The notes beneath the pieces are model-generated. The model was not told the DNA's origin, searched no databases, and was given only the letters and a program-made list of their open reading frames with translations. The position numbers and the translations under genes are program-made. Below are positions 16,872 through 27,970 of a DNA stretch of 64,000 bases, in pieces; within the stretch, counting starts at the first letter, position 1, and each line of letters opens with the position of its first letter. The DNA is taken from positions 248,001-312,000 of the IMG/VR virus record IMGVR_UViG_3300031951_000003, one strand, 5' to 3'.

Positions 16872-17051
16872 ATGGGATGCGGATGTAAAAACAAACAGAA
16901 TACCTCGCCTGAAGCTCAAAAGCTAGCTCAAGAGGCAGTTCAAAAAACAATTATGACCAAAAATCAAGAATTGAAAGAAACAGTTAAAAAAACTGTTGAA
17001 AAATATTATAACACCAACAAAGGACAAACTAACGGATACATTAGGGACTAA
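16872..17051 (+). CDS. small MGCGCK-motif protein (59 aa)
   Basis: Own TATTTAT box (16836-16842) and terminator; not in the ORF track. Confidence 0.7.
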   Translation: MGCGCKNKQNTSPEAQKLAQEAVQKTIMTKNQELKETVKKTVEKYYNTNKGQTNGYIRD

Positions 17052-17078
17052 TATGTCCACTTCACAAAAAAATAATTC

Positions 17079-17104
17079 AAGGGACAAAATTTGTCCCTTT
17101 TTTT
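17079..17104 (+). terminator. intrinsic terminator
   Basis: AAGGGACAAA-A-TTTGTCCCTT followed by a T run. Confidence 0.75.
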
Positions 17105-17117
17105 GTATTTATATGAT

Positions 17118-18128
17118 ATGGAAAATGAATATTCTATACGTGGTTTCTTGGAATCATTCAATAATAATGACTTGGATGTAAAAAAATATTTTGGTGATTA
17201 TGAAACATGGTTCAATGTGTTGAAGAAAAGAGGTTTGATGGGTGAAATCGACCCGAAGAATGCTGCGGGTTCCGAAGATTGGCAAAATGAATATCTTTTG
17301 TGGTTATACGATAATGATAGAGAAAAATATTACAAATGGATGAATGAGATTTTATCTGATGTTGTAATAGAAGGTAAAGATGTTTATTGGCAAGGTGACA
17401 GAGTTGATTTAGCAATTTTATTTTGTGATGATAGAAGAGACGGTCCGAGTAGAGATACAATTGAAAGTATTTTAGTTGGTGAGGATGTTTTCGAACCTTA
17501 TTGGGACACAACCGATGATGTTTACAGAGATGTCATTGAAGAACTAACCAAAGAGAATTTAGAAATTTTTAAAGAAAGGATTGTTAAAGAATTATCAGGT
17601 CAACAGTTGAGTCCTGATACGGAAGAAATGGAGTTAATAGCCACTGAGCAAGGACATGAAAATTATTGGACTATAGATTCAGAAAATGTGACGAGAATAA
17701 TCGACGATGAGGAGTCCATGAATAGTTTACTAAAAGATGAGCTTGCCGATGTAAAATCTGATTTATACTCTGTTCATTCTAATTCATATAATTCTGCTTA
17801 CGAAAGTGAGGTATATAATAGCATTTTCAATAAATTGGATGAATATTTCAACACCGAAAAAAAACAATGGATAAATGTTCCCCACCCATACAAAAAAGAA
17901 ACTGTGGTTGAAAAATTCAAAATACCAATATATGATTTCGAAGGTATCGTGAATGATTTTTTACATTCTAACAAAGGTTATGGAAATTCAGGAACACTTG
18001 ATTACCATGGAAGTTTTATAGAAATAATTAGGGAAGAAAAGGATTGTCTCAGATTGTGGTTTCCTGATTACCCTGACTCAAGATTGCTTGACAAAAACAT
18101 AAATGAAATATTTTCTGATTATTTTTAA
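17118..18128 (+). CDS. acidic hypothetical protein
   Basis: Start revised to ATG 17118, 5 nt after TATTTAT. Confidence 0.8.
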   Translation: MENEYSIRGFLESFNNNDLDVKKYFGDYETWFNVLKKRGLMGEIDPKNAAGSEDWQNEYLLWLYDNDREKYYKWMNEILSDVVIEGKDVYWQGDRVDLAILFCDDRRDGPSRDTIESILVGEDVFEPYWDTTDDVYRDVIEELTKENLEIFKERIVKELSGQQLSPDTEEMELIATEQGHENYWTIDSENVTRIIDDEESMNSLLKDELADVKSDLYSVHSNSYNSAYESEVYNSIFNKLDEYFNTEKKQWINVPHPYKKETVVEKFKIPIYDFEGIVNDFLHSNKGYGNSGTLDYHGSFIEIIREEKDCLRLWFPDYPDSRLLDKNINEIFSDYF

Positions 18129-18910
18129 TGGCTTACGTAAAATACATATTAGTTGAACAAAGAGGCTTTACTCCAAGAAAAACTCCTCCACCAAACATCA
18201 AAAATATTTTATCCCAAATAGAACTTTTCGAGATGTATCCAAAGATTTTTGCTCTTGTCATCAAAGACGACAAATTAAGAGCAAGAGTTTTTATGAGGTA
18301 TCAGGAGTTTTATGAGTCAGATTCCGAGACATTTAGAGGAAAAGGTTTCAAATGGTATGACTACGTGAAACATTACAAGAAAAAGACCAAGAAAGATTAT
18401 TTCTCTTATCATGAAGATTGGGCAGGTTATAATATCCCTTGTAACTCAATTGAATCTTGTATGAAAGTTATTCCAGACGTAAATTTTTATGATTTGATAA
18501 TGTTTAGTGTAATAGATACGATTAGAACGTTAGTAGGTGGAGAGGATTTCTATTTAATTGGTATTGACCAAAGTAATGGTGAAGACCCTTCACTTATTTT
18601 TCACGAAGTAGCACATGGTCTTTGGTTTTCATCTCCAATTTATAAGAACAAACAAATGAAAAACATAGAAAGACTCGAGCCAAATGTAAGAGAATCGGTA
18701 GCAAGAAAAATAACTGGTATGGGATATGGAGAAAATGTGGTAGATGATGAGATTCAAGCCTATTTATCTACAGGGATAGGAGATAACATGACAAGAATCA
18801 AAAACATCAAACAAGCTCAATTACCTTTCAAACAAGTATTTGATTCTTATACAGGTAAAATCAAACCTAATAAAATAAACATAGATTGGAGGACTGATTT
18901 GAATGCCTAA
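18128..18910 (+). CDS. HExxH zincin-like protein
   Basis: IFHEVAHG plus downstream DEIQAY. Confidence 0.65.
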   Translation: MAYVKYILVEQRGFTPRKTPPPNIKNILSQIELFEMYPKIFALVIKDDKLRARVFMRYQEFYESDSETFRGKGFKWYDYVKHYKKKTKKDYFSYHEDWAGYNIPCNSIESCMKVIPDVNFYDLIMFSVIDTIRTLVGGEDFYLIGIDQSNGEDPSLIFHEVAHGLWFSSPIYKNKQMKNIERLEPNVRESVARKITGMGYGENVVDDEIQAYLSTGIGDNMTRIKNIKQAQLPFKQVFDSYTGKIKPNKINIDWRTDLNA

Positions 18911-19754
18911 ATTCATCAACATATTATCCGATATTTTATCTGAAGCTAAAAGATATAAATTCACACCTGAATTACTACAAAAAATTAATTCGGTCGTAGA
19001 AAACCTTTGGAATGACCGAAACAAAAATTACGGTAATAAGAAAGAGGTTGTTGATGTTATCCCCTTCAAAACTGCAAATGGTGTTGACGGTTTGGTAAAA
19101 GTGATTGTTAATCCAAGATTGAAATACTTGGGATTTATGGGAACTAAACCGAGTAAATCTTATGACCCCGCAGACATTTATATCGAGGTAAATCCAAAAT
19201 ATTACGAATCTAAGAAAAATCTTTATCTTACAATCTATCATGAGATGATACACGCCAGTGACCCAACTCAAAGTAGTTCTTGGTCTCCAAAATATATGTT
19301 GAGCTATGATGAAAAGTCTGATGAAAAGTATTGGGGTCATCCAATAGAATTCTTTGCGATATCAAATGAGTTCTTGGAAGGTCTTGTAAGAGAATTTGAA
19401 AGAAGAGCAAAAAGATTAAGAAAAATTGAAAACAAAGAGATTTTGGATAAGTCTTTGAAAAATATTCTCAACTATTTTGCCAAGGGTGAGCCATTAAATA
19501 AGCTCAGTCAAGACATTCTTTTCAGAATCAATGACGAACACGTAGGACAAGATTCATTCAAAGTTCTTAAGAATCTGACCGCAGATATGCCCCATTTGGC
19601 GGACTTACTTCCTGAAAGAGGTGAGGAACCATATTATTTACACTATGTCGAATTGATTAAGAAATTTAATCCTGAAATATGGAAAAAGTTCCTAAGTATG
19701 TTCTACAATACAACTTTCGAGATTAGAGACATTATCAACAAAAACTATAAATAA
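18903..19754 (+). CDS. HExxH zincin-like protein
   Basis: IYHEMIHA plus downstream HPIEFFA. Confidence 0.65.
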   Translation: MPKFINILSDILSEAKRYKFTPELLQKINSVVENLWNDRNKNYGNKKEVVDVIPFKTANGVDGLVKVIVNPRLKYLGFMGTKPSKSYDPADIYIEVNPKYYESKKNLYLTIYHEMIHASDPTQSSSWSPKYMLSYDEKSDEKYWGHPIEFFAISNEFLEGLVREFERRAKRLRKIENKEILDKSLKNILNYFAKGEPLNKLSQDILFRINDEHVGQDSFKVLKNLTADMPHLADLLPERGEEPYYLHYVELIKKFNPEIWKKFLSMFYNTTFEIRDIINKNYK

Positions 19755-19783
19755 AAAAAAGGGATTTTTAAATCCCTTTTTTT
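19753..19783. terminator. bidirectional terminator between convergent genes
   Basis: A-run, GGGATTT-TT-AAATCCC-type hairpin, T-run. Confidence 0.8.
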
Positions 19784-22110
19784 CCGCTTGCTAACATTTC
19801 CAATTTTTCTAATTTCCTTTCATGGAAATCTAAAAGGGTGGATTGTTCTTTGATTGCCTCTAAACAAGCTGATATAATCGTTTCAAATCTTATTGATAAC
19901 ATTGTGGTTTCTGGGTCTTCATAAACGAGTTCAGGAAATACCAACTGCAACTCTTGTGCAATAAAACCTATCTGAAGTAACTCGGGTCTTTCATCATCTT
20001 TTATTAGATGGTAGGAAACACCTCTAGTCTTTAATATTTTGTCCAAACTATCTGTAATTGGTCTGATATTAGTTTTGAACCTTAAATCCGATGGTCCAGG
20101 TGCACCTGATGCACCTTGTGCCCCTGTTGGTCCTGTGCCACCTTGTGGACCAGTTCCACCACCTCCACCTTGAGCACCTTGTGGACCTGTTCCTCCTGTT
20201 CCACCACCAGTCCCTTGAGCACCTTGATTACCCGTAGGACCGGTTGGTCCTCCAGGACCTTGAGCACCTTGTGCACCTTGGTTTCCATTACCTTGTGATG
20301 GACCTTGGGCTCCTTGAGAACCAGTTCCACCTCCTCCACCAGGAGGTCCTGTGTGACCTTGAGCTCCCTGTGGACCTCGGTTACCCGTTGGTCCGCCAGG
20401 ACCCTGAGCACCTTGTGCTCCGCCAGGACCCTGAGCACCTTGTCCACCTTGAGAACCTTGAGCTCCTTGAGCTCCTGTTGCACCACCACCACCTTGAGAA
20501 CCTTGTCCTCCCTGTGAACCTTGGGCTCCTTGGTTTCCACCACTGCCTTGAGCTCCTTGCGCACCTTGTCCTCCTGCCGGTCCTTGTGCTCCTTGGTTAC
20601 CTTTACCACCTTGAGCTCCTTGCGCACCTTGTCCTCCTGCCGGTCCTTGTGCTCCTTGGGCTCCTCCTGGGCCTTGAGCTCCTTGCGCACCTTGTCCTCC
20701 TGTTGGTCCCTGAGCTCCTTGGTTACCTTTACCACCTTGTGCTCCTTGAGCACCTTGTCCTCCTTGAGAACCTTGTGAACCTGTGGCACCTACAGGCCCC
20801 TGTGCTCCTTGTGCTCCCTGTCCACCTTGTGAACCTTGACCACCTTTGGCACCTTGTGAACCTTGTCCTCCTTGAGCTCCTTGTCCACCTGTTGGTCCTT
20901 GTGCTCCTTGATTACCACCCGAACCTTGCGCTCCTTGAGCTCCTTGTCCACCTGTTGGTCCTGTAGCACCCTTACCACCTTGAGAACCTTGTCCTCCTTG
21001 AGCTCCTTGTCCACCTGTTGGTCCTTGAGCTCCTTGATTACCACCCGAACCTTGCGCTCCTTGAGCTCCTTGTCCACCCTGTGAGCCTTGGGAACCTGTG
21101 GCACCCGCAGAACCTACTGGACCTTGTGCTCCTTGGCCTCCCTGCGAACCTTGTGAGCCCGTGGCCCCTTGTGCACCTACTGGCCCTTGAGCTCCCTGTC
21201 CACCTTGTGAACCTTGGGAACCTGTGGCTCCTGCTGAACCAACGGGACCCTGAGCTCCCTGTCCACCTTGTGAACCTTGTGAACCTATGGCACCTTGTGA
21301 ACCTTGTCCACCTTGAGCTCCTTGTCCTCCCTGTGAACCTTGGGAACCTGTAGCTCCTTGTGACCCAACTGGTCCTTGTGCTCCTTGACCTCCTTGTGAC
21401 CCTTGGGAACCAACCGCTCCCTGAGAACCTGTGGCACCTTGAGCACCTTGACCTCCTTGTGAACCCTGAGAACCTGTAGCACCTTGTGACCCTACCGGCC
21501 CTTGAGCACCTTGTCCACCTTGTGAACCCTGAGAACCGACCGCTCCCTGTGAACCTGTGGCACCTTGAGCACCTTGACCTCCTTGTGAACCCTGAGAACC
21601 AGTATCGCCTTGTGCACCTATTGCACCCTGAGCACCTTGACCACCTTGTGCGCCTTGTGGACCTACAGCACCTTGGGAACCTTGTGAGCCAGTAATACCT
21701 TGAGCCCCTGTTGGACCTTGTGCTCCTTGACCCCCTTGTGAACCTTGAGCACCTTGACCACCTGTCACTCCCTGGGAACCTTGATTTCCTTGAGCACCTT
21801 GTCCCCCTTGAAAACCAATACTACCTTGAGCACCAGTTGGTTCTCTATTACCAACCCATCCTGTAGAGTTGATAAGTGTTCCTGCTGAATTTTTTAAACT
21901 AGTTGTTATCTTGAGGTTACTATTGTAAGTTACAAATGAAGGTTTATCACTTCTCCAAGCAAGATAAACAATATTACTATTATCTGTCCAATGCAAATGT
22001 AGTAGTGGTGAATCGTCTTCAAGCTTCAAATATGTTGAGGTTGAGCCAGAATCAACGAATTCGACCGTGGGAAACGCATAATCAGGATATATTATTATAT
22101 TTTCAGACAC
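19768..22110 (-). CDS. collagen-like fibre chain C with C-terminal intramolecular chaperone (peptidase S74 type)
   Basis: ~580 aa of Gly-X-Y; SDLRFKTNI cleavage motif; IGFIAQE. Confidence 0.9.
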   Translation of the reverse strand: MSENIIIYPDYAFPTVEFVDSGSTSTYLKLEDDSPLLHLHWTDNSNIVYLAWRSDKPSFVTYNSNLKITTSLKNSAGTLINSTGWVGNREPTGAQGSIGFQGGQGAQGNQGSQGVTGGQGAQGSQGGQGAQGPTGAQGITGSQGSQGAVGPQGAQGGQGAQGAIGAQGDTGSQGSQGGQGAQGATGSQGAVGSQGSQGGQGAQGPVGSQGATGSQGSQGGQGAQGATGSQGAVGSQGSQGGQGAQGPVGSQGATGSQGSQGGQGAQGGQGSQGAIGSQGSQGGQGAQGPVGSAGATGSQGSQGGQGAQGPVGAQGATGSQGSQGGQGAQGPVGSAGATGSQGSQGGQGAQGAQGSGGNQGAQGPTGGQGAQGGQGSQGGKGATGPTGGQGAQGAQGSGGNQGAQGPTGGQGAQGGQGSQGAKGGQGSQGGQGAQGAQGPVGATGSQGSQGGQGAQGAQGGKGNQGAQGPTGGQGAQGAQGPGGAQGAQGPAGGQGAQGAQGGKGNQGAQGPAGGQGAQGAQGSGGNQGAQGSQGGQGSQGGGGATGAQGAQGSQGGQGAQGPGGAQGAQGPGGPTGNRGPQGAQGHTGPPGGGGGTGSQGAQGPSQGNGNQGAQGAQGPGGPTGPTGNQGAQGTGGGTGGTGPQGAQGGGGGTGPQGGTGPTGAQGASGAPGPSDLRFKTNIRPITDSLDKILKTRGVSYHLIKDDERPELLQIGFIAQELQLVFPELVYEDPETTMLSIRFETIISACLEAIKEQSTLLDFHERKLEKLEMLASGKKGI

Positions 22111-24532
22111 TTAAATTATCTTTTAAAATTTTTATTCTCTCCATTATTGAGATTATTCTTTTCTGTTGTTCTTGAAGTGCACCAATACCCAAACTTACCA
22201 TAAGACCATATTCAACTGATTTAAAGCCCTCCTCGTCTGTCCAAACAACTTCTGGGACGATATCTTCAATTTGCTGTGCAATAAAACCTATTGTTTCACC
22301 AGTAAATGCACTTGGAAGAGATATTGCACGGTTCATTGATATTTTAGGATGGTCAACCCATTCGAATCTAACACCCTCAATACCTTTAACTTTTTCTAAT
22401 ACATTTGTTAAGGATTGAATATTATCTTTAAGTCTTTGGTCTGAAGGTGGACCCTGAGCTCCTTGAGCTCCTTGACCTCCTGTTGGACCAGTTCCACCCT
22501 GAGGACCTGTAGGTCCTACGTTACCTTGAGCACCTTGACCACCTTGGCCCCCACCTGAACCTGTAGCACCTTGGGCACCTTGACCCCCTTGACCACCACC
22601 CGAGCCTTGAGCCCCTTGGGCTCCCGTAGCTCCTGGTCCTCCACCAGGCCCCACTGCTCCTTGGGCACCTTGTCCTCCTGTTCCTCCTGTAGGTCCTGTT
22701 GGTCCCTGTGCTCCTTGGAATCCTGTTGCACCTCCCCCTCCTGTTCCACCTTGAGCCCCAACAGGACCCTGAGCGCCTTGAGCTCCCTGAGCACCACCCT
22801 GTGCTCCTTGAGCACCTGTGGAACCACCTCCACCTTGGCTTCCTTGAGCACCTGTAGTTCCACCTTGAGCTCCTTGAGCACCTGTTGGTCCTTGAGCACC
22901 TTGGTTACCTTGTGCACCTTGGTTACCACCTTGAGCTCCTTGGGCTCCTTGTGAACCTTGGACACCAGGAGCACCTTGTGCACCCGTATTTCCTCCTTGG
23001 GCTCCTTGAGCTCCTTGTGAACCTTGGACACCAGGAGCACCTTGTGCACCTGTTGAAGCTCCTTGAGCTCCCTGAGCCCCTTGAGAGCCCTGAACACCAG
23101 GAGCTCCCTGTGCTCCCGTTGAACCACCTTGAGCTCCTTGGGCTCCTTGGGCACCCTGATTACCTGTCGCACCTTGGGCACCTGTTGAACCACCTTGAGC
23201 ACCCTGTGAACCTTGTGCCCCTTGTGCTCCAGTATTACCTTGAGCTCCTGTATTGGCTCCTTGTGCTCCTTGAGCACCTTGTGGTCCTTGTGCACCTTGG
23301 TTTCCTTGTGCACCTGTATTGGCTCCTTGTGCTCCTTGAGAGCCTTGAGCTCCTTGAGCACCTGTATTACCTTGAGCTCCTGTATTGGCTCCTTGTGCAC
23401 CTTGAGCACCTTGTGGTCCTTGTGCACCTTGGTTTCCTTGTGCACCTGTTGAAGCACCCTGTGCACCTTGCGCTCCCTGTCCTCCTTGTGAGCCTTGACC
23501 ACCTTGAGCACCTGTTGTTCCTCCTTGGGCTCCTTGTGCTCCTGTTCCACCTTGAGCTCCTTGACCTCCTTGTGCCCCCGTGGTTCCCCCTTGGGCTCCT
23601 TGAGCACCCTGTCCTCCTTGTGAACCTTGAGCTCCTTGGGCTCCTGTTGTTCCTCCTTGTGCTCCTTGAGAACCTTGTGCACCTTGTGCTCCAGTTGAAC
23701 CCTGAGCACCTGTTGTTCCTCCTTGAGCTCCTTGAGCTCCTTGTCCTCCTTGTGCCCCCTGTGCACCCTGAGCACCTGTTGTTCCTCCTTGGGCTCCTTG
23801 TGCACCTTGTCCTCCTTGGGCTCCTTGTGCACCCTGAGCACCTGTATTAGCTCCCTGAGCTCCTTGTGAACCCTGTCCTCCTTGTGCTCCTTGAGCTCCT
23901 TGAGCACCAATTGTTCCACCTTGAGCACCTTGAGCACCTTGTCCTCCTTGTGCACCTTGTGAACCCTGAGCACCTGTGTTAGCTCCTTGAGCACCTTGAG
24001 CTCCTTGACCACCTTGAGCTCCTTGACCACCTTGAGCTCCCGTATCCGCTCCTTGAGCTCCCTGTGCTCCCTGTCCACCCGTAGCACCTTGAGCTCCTTG
24101 AGGTCCTATCGAACCTTGTGAACCTTGAGCACCTACATTTCCTATTGCTCCCTTAGCACCTTGAGAACCTTGCGCTCCTTGAGCACCTATTGACCCCTGA
24201 GAGCCTGTAGTTCCTGAAGCACCTTGTGCTCCTTGAGCACCGGTAAATCCAGATATACCCTCAGCAGGTCCTACCCATTCGCCAACTTCATTAATCATTT
24301 CTATACCACCCACATACAATCCATATATTCCTCCGGTGACCTTTGCACCATCAACGAGTAATTCAGCTCCGATAGTTGCTATGTTACTTTTTGTTGTTGA
24401 TGAAACTTGGATATTTCCAGAACCATTAACAGATAATTGTATTTTGTCCGCGGATGAAATCCCTTCAAATTCCATATGAGGGTTAGGGTTTCCACCACTT
24501 TTACCATTGGGATATATTATAACGTCAGACAT
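22103..24532 (-). CDS. collagen-like fibre chain B (periodically interrupted) with S74-type chaperone
   Basis: ~605 aa of Gly-X-Y with about 20 Gly-X-Y-Z stutters; SDQRLKDNI; IGFIAQQ. Confidence 0.9.
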   Translation of the reverse strand: MSDVIIYPNGKSGGNPNPHMEFEGISSADKIQLSVNGSGNIQVSSTTKSNIATIGAELLVDGAKVTGGIYGLYVGGIEMINEVGEWVGPAEGISGFTGAQGAQGASGTTGSQGSIGAQGAQGSQGAKGAIGNVGAQGSQGSIGPQGAQGATGGQGAQGAQGADTGAQGGQGAQGGQGAQGAQGANTGAQGSQGAQGGQGAQGAQGGTIGAQGAQGAQGGQGSQGAQGANTGAQGAQGAQGGQGAQGAQGGTTGAQGAQGAQGGQGAQGAQGGTTGAQGSTGAQGAQGSQGAQGGTTGAQGAQGSQGGQGAQGAQGGTTGAQGGQGAQGGTGAQGAQGGTTGAQGGQGSQGGQGAQGAQGASTGAQGNQGAQGPQGAQGAQGANTGAQGNTGAQGAQGSQGAQGANTGAQGNQGAQGPQGAQGAQGANTGAQGNTGAQGAQGSQGAQGGSTGAQGATGNQGAQGAQGAQGGSTGAQGAPGVQGSQGAQGAQGASTGAQGAPGVQGSQGAQGAQGGNTGAQGAPGVQGSQGAQGAQGGNQGAQGNQGAQGPTGAQGAQGGTTGAQGSQGGGGSTGAQGAQGGAQGAQGAQGPVGAQGGTGGGGATGFQGAQGPTGPTGGTGGQGAQGAVGPGGGPGATGAQGAQGSGGGQGGQGAQGATGSGGGQGGQGAQGNVGPTGPQGGTGPTGGQGAQGAQGPPSDQRLKDNIQSLTNVLEKVKGIEGVRFEWVDHPKISMNRAISLPSAFTGETIGFIAQQIEDIVPEVVWTDEEGFKSVEYGLMVSLGIGALQEQQKRIISIMERIKILKDNLSV

Positions 24533-27156
24533 TAATTAAGAAGGTTTTCAAGTTCATTTATTTGTTTTTCGATATCTGATATAAATACTTGTTGCTCTTT
24601 AATACCTTCAATCAAAACGGCGTTCATTCTATTATATTCAACAGTATAAAAACCATCAGAACCGATTTTAACTACTGTCGGGAAAAATTCTTTAACATTT
24701 TGAGCTATCAGACCAATCGAGTGAAGCTTGTTATTGTTTAATCTTTTAATGTAATCGCTTTTCGTCAACTTTTCATTCCAATCGTATTCTACGACTCTAA
24801 GTTCAAGAATTTTTTCAAGTGTATTATCAAGTGATTTAACATTATATTTGACTCTTCTATCAGAGCAGCTGCCCCCGTATGTAAAATAACCATTGAAGTT
24901 AGTAGAACCATAATACAAATATGTAACACCAATCGTAATTGAACCATAGGTCCACTGAAATGTTGAGTTTTGACAAGTTGTAACATCTGAAGCGAGTTGG
25001 ATGCTAAAATTTGCTTGCCAGTTAATATCTTGGGAATAAACTGTTCTGTTTTGACATGCCCCCGCGTTTACACAAATGGCGTAATAAGAATCACCACATA
25101 GATTCTGAACAAAACAAGAGGTGAACGAGCCAGGTCCTGTTGCACCTTGTGCACCTTGGGCTCCTTGTCCTCCCGTAGGACCCGTAGGACCCGTAGGACC
25201 ACCCGACCCTTGTGCACCTTGGTTACCCGTAGGACCAGTAGGACCACCTGGTCCTTGTGCACCTTGGTTACCTTGAGGTCCTGTTACACCTGGTGCACCT
25301 TGAGCACCTTGACCTCCGTTTGGACCTTTCGGTCCAGCAGCTCCTTGCGCCCCTTGGCTACCCGTAGCACCCCCACCACCTTGAGGACCTTGAGCACCTT
25401 GAGCACCCTGACCTCCTGTTCCACCTTGTGGTCCTGGAGCACCTTGAGCACCTTGATTTCCTGTTGCTCCTTGTGCACCTGGATGACCTGTAGCACCCTT
25501 ACCACCCTGTGAACCCTGAGCACCTGTTGCTCCCTGAGGACCAATTGCACCTGTATTACCCCCTGCACCTTGTGCACCTTGTGGTCCTGTGGCACCTTGT
25601 GCTCCTGGATGTCCTGTTCCTCCACCAGAACCTGTTGGACCTTGTGGTCCTGTGGCTCCCTGTGCTCCTGGATGTCCTGTTCCTCCACCTGAACCTTGAG
25701 GACCTTGTGGTCCTGTGGCTCCTTGTGCTCCTGGATGTCCTGTTCCTCCACCCGAACCTGTTGGACCTTGTGGTCCTGTGGCTCCTTGTGCTCCTGTATG
25801 ACCAACGGCACCTTGAGCACCTTGAGGTCCTGTTGGTCCTGTTGCTCCTTGAGCTCCTGGATGTCCTGTGGCTCCTTGAGCACCCGTCGAACCTGCATTA
25901 CCTGTAGCACCTTGAGCACCAGGGTGACCTGTGTTTCCTGTTGGCCCCTGTGCACCTTGTGGTCCTGTAGCACCTTGAGCACCCGCATGACCCGTCGCAC
26001 CTTGTGCCCCAGTAGAACCAGCATTCCCCGTAGCACCTTGTGCACCTGGATGACCTGTATTTCCTGTTGGTCCCTGTGCTCCTTGTGGTCCTGTAGCACC
26101 CTGAGCACCAGCATGACCCGTCGCACCTTGTGGTCCTTGAGCCCCTTGAGGACCTGTAGCACCTTGAGGTCCTACTGCACCTGTAGAACCTGTAGGTCCT
26201 TGTGCACCTGTATTACCTGTGGCTCCTTGTGGGCCAACATTTCCTTGTGCTCCTGTATTACCTTGTGCTCCTGTGTTACCTGTGGCTCCTTGTGGTCCTA
26301 CGTTACCTGTAGCCCCGGTAGCTCCCTGAGCCCCTGTGTTACCTGTGGCCCCTTGTGGTCCAACATTTCCTTGTGCTCCTGTATTACCTTGTGCTCCTGT
26401 ATTACCTGTGGCCCCTTGTGGACCAACATTTCCTTGTGCTCCTGTATTACCTTGTGCTCCTGTGTTACCTGTAGCTCCTTGAGCACCTGTATGACCCTGT
26501 GCACCTGTATTTCCTTGTGCTCCTGTATTACCTGTGGCCCCTTGTGGTCCAACATTTCCTTGAGCTCCCGTGTTACCTTGCGCTCCTGTGTTACCTGTGG
26601 CTCCTTGTGCACCTGTATTACCCTGTGCACCTGTATTTCCTTGTGCACCGGTATTTCCCGTGGCTCCTTGTGCACCTGTATTACCCTGTGCACCCTGGGT
26701 TGTGCCTTTAGCACCCTGTGCCCCTTGGGGTCCAACCTGACCTTGTGCACCTGTATCACCTTGTGCACCTTGTATTCCTTGTAACCCTTGTGCACCCAAA
26801 TTTCCCTGTGCACCCGTATCACCCTGTGCACCTGTATTGCCCTGCGCACCTTGGTGACCCTGAGCCCCTTGAGCTCCTGCAATACCTGTGGTTGGTCCAA
26901 TCCAATCCAAAGTTCCATCAATTACTTGAACTGAGTCAATAGCAAAATAATCAGAAACATTAAGCGTTACAACACCAATTGTTTGGCTAGAACGGTCAAT
27001 AACTAATTGATTAGTAACTGATGCTGAGCTAAGATTAATCTTACCCGTTGGCACAACTCTCCAAACACTTGTTCCACTGTTAACCCAATTTATATAAGGG
27101 ACTCTGTCTGGTGTTCTAGAAATGGAATTACTCGGAACTATTAAAATATCACCCAT
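24532..27156 (-). CDS. collagen-like fibre chain A with a Cys-containing tip domain and S74-type chaperone
   Basis: ~586 aa of Gly-X-Y; 88-aa insert; SDRRVKYNV; IGLIAQN. Confidence 0.9.
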   Translation of the reverse strand: MGDILIVPSNSISRTPDRVPYINWVNSGTSVWRVVPTGKINLSSASVTNQLVIDRSSQTIGVVTLNVSDYFAIDSVQVIDGTLDWIGPTTGIAGAQGAQGHQGAQGNTGAQGDTGAQGNLGAQGLQGIQGAQGDTGAQGQVGPQGAQGAKGTTQGAQGNTGAQGATGNTGAQGNTGAQGNTGAQGATGNTGAQGNTGAQGNVGPQGATGNTGAQGNTGAQGHTGAQGATGNTGAQGNTGAQGNVGPQGATGNTGAQGNTGAQGNVGPQGATGNTGAQGATGATGNVGPQGATGNTGAQGNTGAQGNVGPQGATGNTGAQGPTGSTGAVGPQGATGPQGAQGPQGATGHAGAQGATGPQGAQGPTGNTGHPGAQGATGNAGSTGAQGATGHAGAQGATGPQGAQGPTGNTGHPGAQGATGNAGSTGAQGATGHPGAQGATGPTGPQGAQGAVGHTGAQGATGPQGPTGSGGGTGHPGAQGATGPQGPQGSGGGTGHPGAQGATGPQGPTGSGGGTGHPGAQGATGPQGAQGAGGNTGAIGPQGATGAQGSQGGKGATGHPGAQGATGNQGAQGAPGPQGGTGGQGAQGAQGPQGGGGATGSQGAQGAAGPKGPNGGQGAQGAPGVTGPQGNQGAQGPGGPTGPTGNQGAQGSGGPTGPTGPTGGQGAQGAQGATGPGSFTSCFVQNLCGDSYYAICVNAGACQNRTVYSQDINWQANFSIQLASDVTTCQNSTFQWTYGSITIGVTYLYYGSTNFNGYFTYGGSCSDRRVKYNVKSLDNTLEKILELRVVEYDWNEKLTKSDYIKRLNNNKLHSIGLIAQNVKEFFPTVVKIGSDGFYTVEYNRMNAVLIEGIKEQQVFISDIEKQINELENLLN

Positions 27157-27176
27157 GAATGTTTTTTTCTATTTAT

Positions 27177-27183
27177 ATAAATA
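27177..27183 (-). promoter_or_regulatory. putative phage late promoter (TATTTAT) for the collagen operon
   Basis: The same motif precedes most structural/head-type genes in the window. Confidence 0.6.
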
Positions 27184-27256
27184 CAAGTTGAATAGAATTT
27201 GTATTCATTTTTATTTTGGAAAATTTTATAATTGACACTATTATAATTATTAATTT

Positions 27257-27970
27257 ATGACATTAAAAAAAATAGGTAGCAAATCTTACGTTGTAAACTT
27301 ACTTTCAGACTACATTCTTTCTGAGATATCAACTGAAGAGAACTCAATAATAAAAGTAATCGACTGTGGTAATTTTTTTGTTATCAAAGGAAAAACCACT
27401 TCAAAAGAAGTTTTATTTTTACCAAACATAATTTCTAAATTTAATGAGAGATTCGAAATACCCTCTAAACTCACCCATACAATTGACTTAATTGAATATG
27501 ATTCTGATTTACCTGATGTAAAGTCAATTTCCCACACATACCACAGTAATACCTCCAACTGTTCATATAATCAAACCGAAATCGAAAAAAATGAGATTTC
27601 CGAAGAAACTGATGAATTAGTATACGTTTCTTCATTTCCCCACGGTTATTCCCTAACTCAGGGTAGATTACTTTATTATTATGGGAAAAAAATATTCTAC
27701 AACATTCCATCCAATTACCTTGTCACGAGTTTGGAATTTCATCTAACAAATGAGAGAAATGATGAAAATGAATTTGGATTCAGCGTTTACGATGGATTTT
27801 ACAAAACAAAGGATGAAGTGCTTCGTTCTGCGGTCTTAGATATATTTGATTTCAATATGGAGCCAATCGCCAAAGAAATAAAAAAAGTGGATTGGAGTAT
27901 CGAACTCACAGACCCACTTTACGAATATGATTTTTTGAAAGAAAAGGTTGAGGGATTTATTATTATATAA
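27257..27970 (+). CDS. hypothetical protein, possibly a degenerate SAM synthetase (MetK)-like fold
   Basis: VVNLLSDYIL...FVIKGKTTS and LDIFDFN...ELTDPLY echo the MetK N- and C-terminal segments; catalytic motifs absent. Confidence 0.4.
   Translation: MTLKKIGSKSYVVNLLSDYILSEISTEENSIIKVIDCGNFFVIKGKTTSKEVLFLPNIISKFNERFEIPSKLTHTIDLIEYDSDLPDVKSISHTYHSNTSNCSYNQTEIEKNEISEETDELVYVSSFPHGYSLTQGRLLYYYGKKIFYNIPSNYLVTSLEFHLTNERNDENEFGFSVYDGFYKTKDEVLRSAVLDIFDFNMEPIAKEIKKVDWSIELTDPLYEYDFLKEKVEGFIII

Noticed and set aside
24865-25128. Diversity-generating retroelement target in a fibre tip
   Set aside because: No reverse transcriptase or template/variable repeat pair visible in this window
20082-26942. Many long alternative-frame and antisense ORFs over the collagen genes (e.g. 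22516-24087, 25696-26784)
   Set aside because: Shadows of the stop-poor GGN-GCN-CAA codon repeat; low-complexity translations with no independent start signals
19768-27156. Tandem 63-66-nt DNA repeats as a CRISPR array or VNTR
   Set aside because: The repeats are degenerate at third codon positions, lack unique spacers and are explained by the protein repeat; no cas genes are seen
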